Origin: Eubacteriales bacterium
Lineage (GTDB): Bacteria; Bacillota; Clostridia; Peptostreptococcales; Anaerovoracaceae
Assembly: GCA_028692535.1 (NCBI GenBank)
Contig: JAQUXD010000002.1
Location: 1-48,557 of the forward strand
Reading direction: 5' to 3'
Length of the DNA stretch: 48,557 nt
The translations under genes were made by a program, and so were the position numbers. Each line of letters begins with the position of its first letter. Positions within the stretch are counted from its first letter, which is position 1. The notes beneath the pieces are model-generated. The model searched no databases. It was not told where the DNA came from and saw nothing but the letters and a program-made list of their open reading frames with translations. Shown one piece after another: positions 37,370 through 47,543 of this stretch.

Positions 37370-40300
37370 ATGCCAAAGAGAAATGACATCAAAAAAATAC
37401 TGGTAATCGGTTCGGGGCCCATCGTCATCGGCCAGGCCGCCGAATTTGATTATGCCGGCACCCAGGCGTGCATCGCTTTGAAGGAGGAAGGGTATCAGGT
37501 CGTCCTGATCAATTCCAATCCGGCTACGATCATGACCGACACGCAAATGGCCGACAAAGTGTACATGGAGCCTTTGACCCTGGAGTATGTGGCCCGGATC
37601 ATCCGCTTCGAGCGGCCCGACGCCATCGTGCCGGGGTTGGGCGGACAGACCGGTTTGAACCTGTGTGTTCAGCTGGCGGAAAAAGGCATCCTGGAAGAAT
37701 GTCAGGTGGAGGTTCTGGGGACGAGCATCCATTCCATTAAAAGCGCCGAGGACCGTGAACTTTTTAAAAGAATGTGCGAAGAGATCGGAGAGCCTGTGAT
37801 CGCATCTCATATCGTACATACCATCGAAGAGGGTCTGGCAGCCGCCCGGGACATCGGTTATCCGGTAGTTCTGCGGCCGGCTTATACACTGGGCGGCACC
37901 GGAGGCGGTTTTGCGGAAAGTGAGGAGGAGTTTCTCTCCATGATGGAGCATGCGCTGGGACTGTCGCCGGTTCGCCAGGTGCTCATCGAAAAGAGTGTCA
38001 AGGGATATCAAGAGATCGAATTTGAAGTGATGCGGGACGGTCAGGATCAAGCCATCGTGGTCTGCCATATGGAAAATTTCGATCCTGTGGGGGTCCACAC
38101 GGGAGACAGCATCGTGTTTGCTCCCTGTCAAACCTTGTCTGAGCAGCAGCTTTCCATCCTGCGGGCCTCTGCTCTGAAAATATTACGGCATCTGAAGATC
38201 GAGGGCGGCTGCAATATTCAGTTTGCCCTGGAGGAAGGCACGGAGCGGTATTTTCTTATCGAGATTAATCCTCGTGTCAGTCGCTCCTCAGCCCTGGCCT
38301 CCAAGGCCACGGCCTATCCCATCGCCCGGGTCACAGCTAAGATCGCCGTGGGGCTCACGCTGGATGAGATTTCCGTAAGCGGCATTCCCGCTTCCGTAGA
38401 GCCGGCCATCGATTATATCGTGGCGAAGATGGCCCGGTTTCCTTTCGACAAGTTCCAATCTGCCTCCAGAGTGCTGTCCACCCAGATGAAGGCCACCGGC
38501 GAAGTGATGAGCCTGGGTCGGTCGCTGTCGGAGGTCTTGCTCAAGGCTGTGCGGGGGCTGGAGATCGGGGCTGACCATTTTGAACTGAAGGCCTACCGGG
38601 ACAAGACCCGGGAAGAATTGTTGCAGAGCATCGCCACGCCCACGGACGAACGGATCTTTGCCCTGTGCGAGGCGCTTCGAAAAGGCGCGTCCTGTCGGGA
38701 GGTCAGCGAAGCCACCGGCATCGTGATCCCCTTTGTGAACGTGTTTGCAGAGGTGGTGGCTTTCGAAGAGGTGCTTCGGGCACACCCGAGAGATGCCCGG
38801 ATTTTGCGTAAGGCCAAGCAAATGGGTTTTTCAGACAGTTATATTGCCCGAAGCTGGGGTCTTACGCTGAACGATGTGCTGGCATTCCGCCGCGAGCAGG
38901 AGATCCTGCCGGTCTACCGCATCGTGGATAATGTCAAGGTTCAACAGGATTACGTTCCCTATTTCTATTCTTCTTACGAGGGTGAAAACGAGAGCGTGAT
39001 CACGCCCAAGAAAAAAGTCTTGGTCCTGGGTTCCGGTCCCATCCGGATCGGGCAGGGCGTGGAATTTGACTATTCCACGGTCCATGCGGTCTGGGCGATC
39101 AAGGAATGCGGATACGAAGCCATTATCATCAATAACAATCCGGAGACGGTGTCCACGGATTACACCACGGCGGATAAGTTGTATTTTGAGCCTATTACCG
39201 TAGAGGATGTCATGAACGTGGTATGGCTTGAAAACCCGGAAGGGGTTATTGTTTCTCTGGGAGGACAGACCTCTATCAATGTAGCCCGGCAGCTTTACGA
39301 TCTGGGCGTGCCCATCATCGGTACCGGCGTAGAGGCCATCGAACGCGCAGAGGACAGAAATCGCTTTGAAGCATTGATGCATCAGCTGGAGATCCCCGAG
39401 CCTCTGGGCACCGCCGTGACCAACGTGGAAGACGGGTTGGCGGTGGCGGCCGGGATTGGTTATCCGGTGCTGGTAAGGCCTTCTTATGTTTTGGGCGGAC
39501 GGGCCATGCAGATCGTTCGCAGTGACCAGGATCTTCTGGTTTATCTGAACACCGCGGTAGAAGTGGATCGAGACCGGCCGGTGCTTGTGGACAAATACAT
39601 TGCCGGGAAGGAATTGGAGACTGACGCCATCTGTGACGGAAAGGATGTGTACATCCCCGGCCTGATGGAGCACGTGGAGGAAACCGGTGTCCACTCCGGC
39701 GATTCCATCAGTGTCTATCCTGCTTTTACCGTATCGGAAAAGGTGAAACATACTCTGGTGGAGTATACGAACAAGCTGGGTCTGGGTATCGGGATCCGGG
39801 GCCTTTTCAACATCCAGTTCATCGTTGATGAACAGGAAAATGTCTATGTGATCGAGGTCAATCCCAGATCTTCCCGGACCGTTCCGTTCTTATCTAAAGC
39901 CACGGGAATCCCACTGGCTGATGTGGCTACAAAAGTGATGCTTGGCCAGACACTCAAAGAATTGGGATACGGCACGTTCCTGCAGGAGGATCGCCGGCGC
40001 TGGTATGTCAAAGCCCCCACATTTTCCTTCTCCAAGATCCGGGGGCTGGATGCGTATCTTTCGCCGGAAATGAAGTCTACAGGAGAAGCCATAGGCTACG
40101 ATGTGAGCTTGAACCGGGCACTGTTTAAAGCGCTCCAGGCTTCCGGCATCAAAGTAGAGAATTACGGGACCGTTTTCGTGACACTGGCCGATAAAGACAA
40201 GCAAAAGGCGCTGCCCCTCATCCGCCGTTTTTACAATCTGGGGTTCAACATCGAGGCGACGGAAGGAACGGCGAACTTTCTGAAGCGCAGCGGGATCAAA

Positions 40301-40549
40301 ACCCGGCTTAAGAGGAAAATCAGTGAAGGCAGCGACGATATCCTCAGAAGTCTCACCCGGGGCCATGTGACCTATGTGATCAACACTCAGGATATCACGG
40401 CGGGGACCCACGAAGACGGCTTTATGATCCGGCGCACGGCCGTGGAAAACAACATCGGCATATTCACAAGTCTTTCTACCGTCAACGTGCTGCTCAACGT
40501 ACTGGAAGATATGACTATACCCGTTTCCACCATCGATGCGGATCAGTAA
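37370..40549 (+). CDS. carB: carbamoyl-phosphate synthase large subunit
   Basis: 1059 aa with a duplicated ATP-grasp architecture, an N terminus KKILVIGSGPIVIGQAAEFDYAGTQA and a second copy KVLVLGSGPIRIGQGVEFDY. Confidence 0.95.
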   Translation: MPKRNDIKKILVIGSGPIVIGQAAEFDYAGTQACIALKEEGYQVVLINSNPATIMTDTQMADKVYMEPLTLEYVARIIRFERPDAIVPGLGGQTGLNLCVQLAEKGILEECQVEVLGTSIHSIKSAEDRELFKRMCEEIGEPVIASHIVHTIEEGLAAARDIGYPVVLRPAYTLGGTGGGFAESEEEFLSMMEHALGLSPVRQVLIEKSVKGYQEIEFEVMRDGQDQAIVVCHMENFDPVGVHTGDSIVFAPCQTLSEQQLSILRASALKILRHLKIEGGCNIQFALEEGTERYFLIEINPRVSRSSALASKATAYPIARVTAKIAVGLTLDEISVSGIPASVEPAIDYIVAKMARFPFDKFQSASRVLSTQMKATGEVMSLGRSLSEVLLKAVRGLEIGADHFELKAYRDKTREELLQSIATPTDERIFALCEALRKGASCREVSEATGIVIPFVNVFAEVVAFEEVLRAHPRDARILRKAKQMGFSDSYIARSWGLTLNDVLAFRREQEILPVYRIVDNVKVQQDYVPYFYSSYEGENESVITPKKKVLVLGSGPIRIGQGVEFDYSTVHAVWAIKECGYEAIIINNNPETVSTDYTTADKLYFEPITVEDVMNVVWLENPEGVIVSLGGQTSINVARQLYDLGVPIIGTGVEAIERAEDRNRFEALMHQLEIPEPLGTAVTNVEDGLAVAAGIGYPVLVRPSYVLGGRAMQIVRSDQDLLVYLNTAVEVDRDRPVLVDKYIAGKELETDAICDGKDVYIPGLMEHVEETGVHSGDSISVYPAFTVSEKVKHTLVEYTNKLGLGIGIRGLFNIQFIVDEQENVYVIEVNPRSSRTVPFLSKATGIPLADVATKVMLGQTLKELGYGTFLQEDRRRWYVKAPTFSFSKIRGLDAYLSPEMKSTGEAIGYDVSLNRALFKALQASGIKVENYGTVFVTLADKDKQKALPLIRRFYNLGFNIEATEGTANFLKRSGIKTRLKRKISEGSDDILRSLTRGHVTYVINTQDITAGTHEDGFMIRRTAVENNIGIFTSLSTVNVLLNVLEDMTIPVSTIDADQ

Positions 40550-40563
40550 GTAAGGAGGCTCCT

Positions 40564-41283
40564 ATGAAAGATGTAATCATTGCCCTGGATTTTCGGGACA
40601 AAAAAAGTGCGCTGACGTTTCTGGATCGCCTGGGCGGCGCCAGACCCTTCGTTAAGATCGGAATGGAATTGTTTTATGCGGAAGGCCCCGGAATCGTCCG
40701 GGAATTGAAAGAAAGGGGACACCGAATATTTTTGGATCTGAAGCTTCATGACATTCCCAATACGGTCCGGGGCGCAGTGGGTAGCGTAGTCAGGCTGGGC
40801 ACGGATATCGTGAACATCCATGCGTCCGGAGGCATTGCCATGATGGAGGCGGCCCGGGAAGCAGCCGAAACATCCGGCACACAACGTCCTTTGATCATTG
40901 CCGTTACCCAGCTGACGAGCACCGGACAGGAGATGATGAATGAACAACTCCTGATCCACGGAACAGTGGAGGAAGCGGTGCTCCACTACGCGCGGAATGC
41001 AAGTGCTGCGGGACTGGATGGCGTGGTCTGTTCTCCGCTGGAAGTTTCCCTGATCAAACGAGAACTGGGAGACGCCTTTTTAACGGTGACGCCGGGTGTT
41101 CGCTTTGCTGAGGATCAGAAGGCTGATGACCAAGTGCGGATCACGACGCCGGGGCAGGCCGCCAGAAGCGGAGCGGACTATATCGTAGTAGGCCGGCCCA
41201 TTACTTCCGCGCCGGATCCTCTGGAAACCTATCTTCGGTTTAAAAAAGAGTTTATGGGAGGTATCCATGCGTACACAGCGTGA
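40564..41283 (+). CDS. pyrF: orotidine 5'-phosphate decarboxylase
   Basis: IIALDF, FLDLKLHDIPNT and VVGRPI motifs. Confidence 0.92.
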   Translation: MKDVIIALDFRDKKSALTFLDRLGGARPFVKIGMELFYAEGPGIVRELKERGHRIFLDLKLHDIPNTVRGAVGSVVRLGTDIVNIHASGGIAMMEAAREAAETSGTQRPLIIAVTQLTSTGQEMMNEQLLIHGTVEEAVLHYARNASAAGLDGVVCSPLEVSLIKRELGDAFLTVTPGVRFAEDQKADDQVRITTPGQAARSGADYIVVGRPITSAPDPLETYLRFKKEFMGGIHAYTA

Positions 41284-41908
41284 ACTTATCGCAGGGCATT
41301 TGCTTCGGATCGGCGCTGTTTTTCTCCGCCCCCGGGAACCTTTCACTTGGGCCTCGGGCATCCGGAGCCCGATCTATTGCGACAATCGGTTGATCTTGTC
41401 CTATCCGATCATACGCAAAGATGTGGAGGAAAGCCTGGCGGAGCTGGTCCGGCAGCGTTTCCCCGAGGGAGAGGGCCTCTTCGGAACCGCTACTGCCGGC
41501 ATCGCCCACGCGGCGCTGACGGCTCAGATCCTGGGCTGGCCCATGGGCTATGTCCGGGGCAGCGCCAAGGATCACGGCCGGACCAACCGGATCGAAGGAA
41601 AGTGCGAGCCCGGACAGAAAGTCGTTGTGATCGAGGATCTGATCTCCACGGGCAAAAGCTGTGTGGAATCAGCGGATGCATTAAGGGCTGCCGGCTGCCG
41701 GGTTTTGGGTGTCGCTTCCATTTTTACTTACAATATGAAAACCGGAAAAGAGACGCTGAAGGCCGCCGGCTTGGAGAATTATTCCCTGACGGATCTGGAA
41801 GCGCTGCTTGAGGTGGCCGTGGAATACGGCTACGTGGACGAGCGGGGCGCGAAGCAGGTCCTGCGCTTTGCCGAGGATCCGAAGGATCCCGGCTGGCAGG
41901 AACTTTAA
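41267..41908 (+). CDS. pyrE: orotate phosphoribosyltransferase
   Basis: FTWASGIRSPIYCDNR and the PRPP motif VVVIEDLISTGKS. GGGAGG RBS upstream. Confidence 0.92.
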   Translation: MRTQRELIAGHLLRIGAVFLRPREPFTWASGIRSPIYCDNRLILSYPIIRKDVEESLAELVRQRFPEGEGLFGTATAGIAHAALTAQILGWPMGYVRGSAKDHGRTNRIEGKCEPGQKVVVIEDLISTGKSCVESADALRAAGCRVLGVASIFTYNMKTGKETLKAAGLENYSLTDLEALLEVAVEYGYVDERGAKQVLRFAEDPKDPGWQEL

Positions 41909-41915
41909 AGGTACA

Positions 41916-41951
41916 CAAAAAAAGCCGCCCGGGTTCACCGGGCGGCTTTTT
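41916..41951. terminator. bidirectional intrinsic terminator
   Basis: AAAAAAAGCCGCCCGG-GTTCA-CCGGGCGGCTTTTT between convergent pyrE and the dehydrogenase gene. Confidence 0.88.
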
Positions 41952-42914
41952 CTATTTTTTTCGATATCCCGTTTCCAGATCCACCTGGCTTTCCAGCGCT
42001 TCCCCGTTCATGAAATGTTCCAGATTGCGAGTACACAAAGCGATGATCTTTCCGTGGGCGTCGGGTTGTTCATCCAATCCGGCGATGTGCGGCGTGATCA
42101 AGGCGCCGGGCTGATCCCAAAGGGGATGATCCGCCGGCAGCGGTTCGGGCTGGAACACATCCAGCACGGCGCCGCCCAGATGGCCGCTGCGGAGGGCTTC
42201 CGTCAGCGCGTCGGCATCTACGGCCGATCCTCTTCCCACGTTGATCAGGAAGGCGCCGGGCTTCATGGCGGCAAACGCTTGGGCATCGAAAACGTTCATT
42301 GTTTCGGGCGACTGGGGAAGACAAACGCCCACGATGTCGGCTTCCTGCAGCAGCGTCGGAAGATCTTCCAGGGTGTGGACGGATTCCACGAAAGGCGGCT
42401 TGGATCCCCCTGTCCGGCGTATGGCCGTTACTGCGCTGCCCAGGGCGTGCATGCTTTGAGCAAAATGACTGCCGATATCTCCCAATCCCACTACCAGTGT
42501 GCGGGATCCGCTGACGGTCTTTGCCTGATCACCGTCCTTCCAGACATGGGCGGTCTGCTGATCTCTGTACTTGTGAAAACCCACGCAGAGCAAAAGGGCG
42601 GCGCCGACCATGTATTCGGAAATCAGCAGGCCATAACAGCCCGAAGCGTTGGTCAGGCGTGCGTGTTCTTCGCGAAAGAGGGGCAGAGCGGCATATTTAT
42701 CCGAGCCAGCGGAATCCAGCTGCAACCAGCGCAGCTTCGAGGCATTGTTCAGATAAGCTTCGGGCACGTTGCCCAGGATGATATCGGCGTTTTTGACATC
42801 TTCCTCCGGCACGGTCTTCTGGTCCCGATACAAAAAGACAGCACCCGGAGCTTTGCTTTCGAGCAATGCCTTCTGTTTTTTGTCCATGGATAATACGACT
42901 AAAATGTGAAGCAT
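41952..42914 (-). CDS. D-2-hydroxyacid dehydrogenase family protein (NAD-binding)
   Basis: 320 aa with VVGLGDIG (GxGxxG), INVGRGSAVD, DVFQPEP and TPH motifs. Confidence 0.85.
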   Translation of the reverse strand: MLHILVVLSMDKKQKALLESKAPGAVFLYRDQKTVPEEDVKNADIILGNVPEAYLNNASKLRWLQLDSAGSDKYAALPLFREEHARLTNASGCYGLLISEYMVGAALLLCVGFHKYRDQQTAHVWKDGDQAKTVSGSRTLVVGLGDIGSHFAQSMHALGSAVTAIRRTGGSKPPFVESVHTLEDLPTLLQEADIVGVCLPQSPETMNVFDAQAFAAMKPGAFLINVGRGSAVDADALTEALRSGHLGGAVLDVFQPEPLPADHPLWDQPGALITPHIAGLDEQPDAHGKIIALCTRNLEHFMNGEALESQVDLETGYRKK

Positions 42915-42969
42915 ACCAATTCTCCTTTTCTGTTTGTCATCTATTTATAACATAAATGTCATACAAAAG

Positions 42970-42999
42970 TTAGCCAAAAGTGTGCGGATGTGGTAAAAT
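42970..42999 (+). promoter_or_regulatory. candidate extended -10 promoter for the lytic transglycosylase gene
   Basis: TTAGCC, 18-nt spacer, TGgTAAAAT (42991-42999). Confidence 0.4.
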
Positions 43000-43033
43000 A
43001 GCCCTACTTCTCCAACGAAAGGAAGGATAACGC

Positions 43034-44251
43034 ATGTTTCATAACAAATTGCTGCGGAGAAGCCTGGCTCTAACGACCGCTCTTGCCGTATGGCTCTTTT
43101 CTTATATACCCATCGCAGCAGAAGAAGAAGCACATCTGTCATTTATCGCCCGCGACATCTATATAAACGGGATATTGGTCAATAATTACGAACTGGTCCA
43201 GCCTTTTGTGATACGACAGGGAAGCACCTACGTGCCTTTAACACCGGCACTGGGAGCGGCCTTGGGTTTTCAGATGCGTTTGGACAAGGAACATCGCCTG
43301 ATCCAGCTTCGGCCCGTTGCGCCCAGTGGTCAGACTGTCAAGGAGGCCGACCTGGGATGCAATCTGGAAAACCAGACAGGACTGCCGGGATACGATTATG
43401 TGGTAGCGGCCGTAGAGGAGTTCGATCATACGGAAGCCGCGGCTCTATCTGCCAAATGGAGGCAGATTGTCGATCCGGTCATCTGGTCATTGTCCGGGTT
43501 GCTGGAGGCTGTGGCCAACCAAACCGCTGCATTCACTCCTGCGACGGAGTTCTTTTCCCTCGGTGAAACCGAGATTCTTTTTGTGGGGGAAGTTCCCTAT
43601 CTTCCGTTATCCGCATTCCGCAACAGCGCCATGTTCGGCTGGGATGCGCACTACGACGCTGTGACGGGACTGTACATCAGCACCGATGCGGCGATTCCGG
43701 CGAAAAGCTACTACAGCGCGACCAATGCCTCTTACATCGAGGGCCGCGCGGCGTATATCCGAGGCGTTCGTCCGGAGTTGAGTGTATCGGAATCGTATTA
43801 TTATGAGTATTTGTTTCGTCACGAAGCCAACGTATATGATGTAGACCAAGATCTTCTGATGGCGGTCTCTCGAACGGAATCTTCGTTTCAGGCAGGAATC
43901 GTAGCGACTTTCGGCTCCATCGGTATGATGCAGATCATGCCAAGGACCGCCAGAGCATACGGCATCTCCGTCGAACAGCTGAAGGACCCGCACATCAATG
44001 TGGAATTCGGCGCGATGTATGTTCGTGACCGGCTGTGGATTTTCAAAGGGGACGTGATCAAAGCGCTTTCAGCCTATAATCAGGGCGTCGTTATTGTGAG
44101 CAGTGGGGAATACAAGACCGGCTATGCGGAAAAGTGCATCTATAATCGGGGCGTTTTAGAAGGATGGCTGTCCAATCGTGGCTACAGCCACGCATTTGAG
44201 ACCCGCCTGGCCGCCGATGCCGTACGGGCATCTGCAGCGGAAGCAGATTGA
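43034..44251 (+). CDS. secreted lytic transglycosylase (SLT domain) with an N-terminal copper-amine-oxidase-like (stalk) domain
   Basis: Signal peptide MFHNKLLRRSLALTTALAVWLF. The N-terminal domain has the INGILV...GSTYVPL...ALGF pattern. The SLT motifs are SRTESSFQ, GMMQIMP and SAYNQG. Confidence 0.8.
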   Translation: MFHNKLLRRSLALTTALAVWLFSYIPIAAEEEAHLSFIARDIYINGILVNNYELVQPFVIRQGSTYVPLTPALGAALGFQMRLDKEHRLIQLRPVAPSGQTVKEADLGCNLENQTGLPGYDYVVAAVEEFDHTEAAALSAKWRQIVDPVIWSLSGLLEAVANQTAAFTPATEFFSLGETEILFVGEVPYLPLSAFRNSAMFGWDAHYDAVTGLYISTDAAIPAKSYYSATNASYIEGRAAYIRGVRPELSVSESYYYEYLFRHEANVYDVDQDLLMAVSRTESSFQAGIVATFGSIGMMQIMPRTARAYGISVEQLKDPHINVEFGAMYVRDRLWIFKGDVIKALSAYNQGVVIVSSGEYKTGYAEKCIYNRGVLEGWLSNRGYSHAFETRLAADAVRASAAEAD

Positions 44252-44277
44252 TTCTTCGGCGTGGAATTTGATGAAAC

Positions 44278-44300
44278 AGGCGGCCCCGGAGCCGCCTTTT
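44278..44300 (+). terminator. probable intrinsic terminator
   Basis: AGGCGGC-CCCGGA-GCCGCCT followed by TTTG. Confidence 0.55.
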
Positions 44301-44302
44301 GA

Positions 44303-44331
44303 TTGTGAGTAAAGATGTTCTATGGTACAAT
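44303..44331 (+). promoter_or_regulatory. candidate extended -10 promoter for scpA
   Basis: TTGTGA, 17-nt spacer, TGgTACAAT (TACAAT at 44326-44331). Confidence 0.45.
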
Positions 44332-44364
44332 ATATTGTGGTAATTCCAAGCAGAAGAGGTAGGT

Positions 44365-45111
44365 ATGGCCTATAAAGTCAAACTGGATGTTTTCGAGGGG
44401 CCCTTCGATCTGCTCGTCTATCTGATCGAGCACGCCCGCATGAGCATCTATGACATCCGTGTATCGGAGATCACAACGCAATATCTGGGATACATCCGCG
44501 AAATGAAAAAACAGGACGTGGCGGTGGCCCAGGAATTTATGGTGCTTGCTGCTGCGCTGATCGAGTTGAAATCCAGAATGCTTCTGCCCGGTTCCGAAGA
44601 GGAAGGGATCCCGGAGGGCGAAGAGGATCCCAGAAGAGATCTGGTGGCCCAGCTTCTGGAGTATAAACGCTTTAAGGAGATGGCGGACTTTTTCGGCCAG
44701 CAGGAAGAAATCATCACCCACATCCACACCAAGCCCCGGGAAGATCTGACGCCGTATACAGGCCCGACGGAAGAGTTTCTTCGCACAGATATCGATCAGT
44801 TTGCCCGGGCTTTCCGCGCGTTTCTGTTTCGGAAGCAGAAGATGGAAGAGATCCGGCACAACTATGAACGGGTGGAACGCCAGCGCATGAGCATAGAACA
44901 TAAGATCGGACAGATCCGCGCCTTCTTCCGTCGAAAATCCAAGGTCCGATTCTCGGAACTGATCGCAAGGGAGAGCGACCGATACGACGTGGTGCTTACC
45001 TTTGTTTCCATACTGGAATTGATCAAGCAGGCCGCCATACGAGTTCGTCAGCCGAAGCAGTTCGGCGATATCGAAATCGCGCTTCGAGAAGAAAAAGTTC
45101 CCGGCCGTTGA
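44365..45111 (+). CDS. scpA: segregation and condensation protein A (kleisin)
   Basis: The N terminus KLDVFEGPFDLLVYLIE is the ScpA signature. Confidence 0.9.
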   Translation: MAYKVKLDVFEGPFDLLVYLIEHARMSIYDIRVSEITTQYLGYIREMKKQDVAVAQEFMVLAAALIELKSRMLLPGSEEEGIPEGEEDPRRDLVAQLLEYKRFKEMADFFGQQEEIITHIHTKPREDLTPYTGPTEEFLRTDIDQFARAFRAFLFRKQKMEEIRHNYERVERQRMSIEHKIGQIRAFFRRKSKVRFSELIARESDRYDVVLTFVSILELIKQAAIRVRQPKQFGDIEIALREEKVPGR

Positions 45112-45124
45112 AACAGGAGGGTGT

Positions 45125-45739
45125 ATGTCCGCTAATCAAAAAATCAAATCCGCTCTGGAATCTCTTCTGTTCGTTTGGGGAGACCCCTTGGAAGCGAAGG
45201 TCTGCGCAGAGCTGTTCAATCTATCGGTTCAGGAGATCGTCGATTGCTTTCGGGATCTGATGGGCGATTACGAAGAGCGGGGGAGCGGGATCCGGATCCG
45301 GGAGATGGACCACCGTTTTCAGCTGTGCACCAACCCGGAAAATGATGATTACATTCAACGTCTCTGCACGCCGGTCAAAGAAAAGCGTCTCACCCAGGCC
45401 GCGCTGGAAGTGTTGGCGATCATCGCATATCGGCAGCCGGTTACCAAGGGAGAGATCGATTCCATCCGAGGTGTTCGCAGCGACCGCGTGCTGGAGGGGT
45501 TGATGCGCAGGGAATTGGTGGCGGAATGCGGCAGGAGCACGGCCATAGGGCGGCCGATCCTCTACGGAACCACTTCAGGTTTTCTTGCCCAGTTCGGGTT
45601 TGAATCTCTGGGAGATCTGCCGCAGATCGAAGATATCGGGACCCTGGTTCTGTCGGACAGCTACGAATTTTCCGACGAACTGACAGCACAGCAGATTTCC
45701 ATATCGTTGGAAGAGGATCGCAAGGAAGAAGACGAATGA
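45125..45739 (+). CDS. scpB: segregation and condensation protein B
   Basis: [42 protein letters not shown]-type and GRPILYGTT motifs. Confidence 0.9.
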   Translation: [204 protein letters not shown]

Positions 45740-46635
45740 GCAAGCGGACCGGGTTGATCTTTGCCATGGGCGCCGCCTTTTTCTACGGCGTTTCCACCAT
45801 CACCGGAAAAATGTCCTACGTGGGCGGGGGAAATCCCGTAGCGCTTTCGTTTTACCGCAATCTGATTTCCGTGCCCTTGCTCTTTGCTGTCCTGAGGCTC
45901 AGAAAAACAGATCTGTCCGTTACTCGGCGAGAATGCGCAGGGCTGGCCTGGCTGGGCTTGCTGGGGGGCTTTGTGACCGGTGTTCTTCTCTATATCTCCT
46001 ATACGCTGATCTCTGTAGGGTTGTCGACTTGCTTGCATTTTAGCTTTCCTGTCATCCTGGCCGTGATATACGCACTGTTCTACCATGAAAAATTCAGTCG
46101 CATCAAGATCCTCGCCCTGGTGCTCGGTATTGCCGGTGTCTGGTTCTTTGTGGAAAGCGATGCCCGAATCAACTCTCTGGGAATCCTGACTGCGCTGCTG
46201 TCCGGTGTCACCTATGCGGCGTATCTGATCGTGATGGATCGCCGGGGACTCAAATCCATGGATGGGTATAAGTTGTCGTTTTATTGCTGCCTCTTTTCCT
46301 CTTTATGGCTTGGCTTCTTCGGGACGGTTCGGGGATATCCGTTTCAGGGCGTATTGGACTCCAACGCATGGATGTACATTACGGCAACTGCCGTGCTGGT
46401 TTCCGTGCTGGGAAATACCATGATACCTGTAGCTGTTCGGAACGTAGGCGCCACCGTTACCGGAATTGCCGGGATCTTGGAGCCGGTCACTTCGGTATTG
46501 CTGGGGGTGCTTCTTCTGGGAGAACCTTTCGGCTTCCGAAGCATTGTTGGCGCCGCTTGTGTTTTGACGGCGGCGATTCTGCTGGGACTGGAAAAAGACC
46601 CAAAGAGCAGGCTGAATAGCGGGGAAACGGCATGA
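45736..46635 (+). CDS. DMT (EamA) family transporter, paralog 1
   Basis: 299 aa, 10-TM pattern. ATGA overlap with the scpB stop. Confidence 0.85.
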   Translation: MSKRTGLIFAMGAAFFYGVSTITGKMSYVGGGNPVALSFYRNLISVPLLFAVLRLRKTDLSVTRRECAGLAWLGLLGGFVTGVLLYISYTLISVGLSTCLHFSFPVILAVIYALFYHEKFSRIKILALVLGIAGVWFFVESDARINSLGILTALLSGVTYAAYLIVMDRRGLKSMDGYKLSFYCCLFSSLWLGFFGTVRGYPFQGVLDSNAWMYITATAVLVSVLGNTMIPVAVRNVGATVTGIAGILEPVTSVLLGVLLLGEPFGFRSIVGAACVLTAAILLGLEKDPKSRLNSGETA

Positions 46636-47543
46636 GCAGCATCAATCACAAAAAAATAGGCATGCTTTTTGCTGCAGGAGCGGCGATCTGTTATGGCATT
46701 TCCGGTATCACCGGCAAGCTGGCGTACGGCGGCGGCGGTAACACGGTCTCCATTTTAGTCTATCGGAATATGATTTCGGTTCTGTTGCTGTTCCTGATCC
46801 TGAACGCCAGGCATATTCCTATTCGCGTGACAAAGAAACAGTTGGCCGGGCTGGCGTATCTCGGTGTTCAGGGCGGATTTCTTACGGCGATGCTGATGTA
46901 TTCTTCGTTTCAATACATTTCCGTAGGACTGGCCACCTGCACGCACTTTTGCTTCCCCGTAATCGTCGCCTGCATCTACGTATTTATTTTCAAGGAAAAG
47001 CTGAGCCGCACCAAGACACTTGCTCTCTTGCTGGCCTTCGCCGGTGTCTGGTTTTTTTTGGAGAGCAATGCGGTCGTCGATCCGAAAGGATTGGCGCTGG
47101 CTTTCGCATCGGGCGTAAGCAACGCGATATTTCTGACAGTGATGGACAAGCTGGGGCTGAAGTCTTTGAACGGTTTTGTGATATCTTTTTACGGCTGCAT
47201 TTTTTCCGGCACAGCGCTGACGATTTACGGACTTTTGGCCGGATACGATCTTTCCGGCGGCATGATGCCCATCGGTTGGTTCTATGTGATCATCGGCGCG
47301 GTACTGGTCTCTGCCCTGGCCAACGCCATGGTGCCGACAGCCGTAAGATATGTCGGGCCTACAGTGGCGGGGATCTTTGGGATCCTGGAGCCGGTGATTT
47401 CGGTTTTACTGAGCGTGCTGATCTTGCATGAGCCCTTTGGTCTGCGGAGCCTCCTGGGGGCGAGTTTGGTGCTGTCCGCTGCCGTCATGCTTACATTGGA
47501 GAAAGAACCGGAGGCAATCAGCGAGATTCTGGAGGAACTATGA
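46632..47543 (+). CDS. DMT (EamA) family transporter, paralog 2
   Basis: 303 aa and clearly alignable with the preceding gene (YRNxISV..LLF, ISVGLxTCxHFxFPVI, AGVWFFxES, GILEPVxSVLL). ATGA overlap. Confidence 0.85.
   Translation: MSSINHKKIGMLFAAGAAICYGISGITGKLAYGGGGNTVSILVYRNMISVLLLFLILNARHIPIRVTKKQLAGLAYLGVQGGFLTAMLMYSSFQYISVGLATCTHFCFPVIVACIYVFIFKEKLSRTKTLALLLAFAGVWFFLESNAVVDPKGLALAFASGVSNAIFLTVMDKLGLKSLNGFVISFYGCIFSGTALTIYGLLAGYDLSGGMMPIGWFYVIIGAVLVSALANAMVPTAVRYVGPTVAGIFGILEPVISVLLSVLILHEPFGLRSLLGASLVLSAAVMLTLEKEPEAISEILEEL

Noticed and set aside
41808-42893. 361-aa plus-strand ORF
   Set aside because: It is antisense to the D-2-hydroxyacid dehydrogenase, which has clear family motifs, and it begins inside pyrE.
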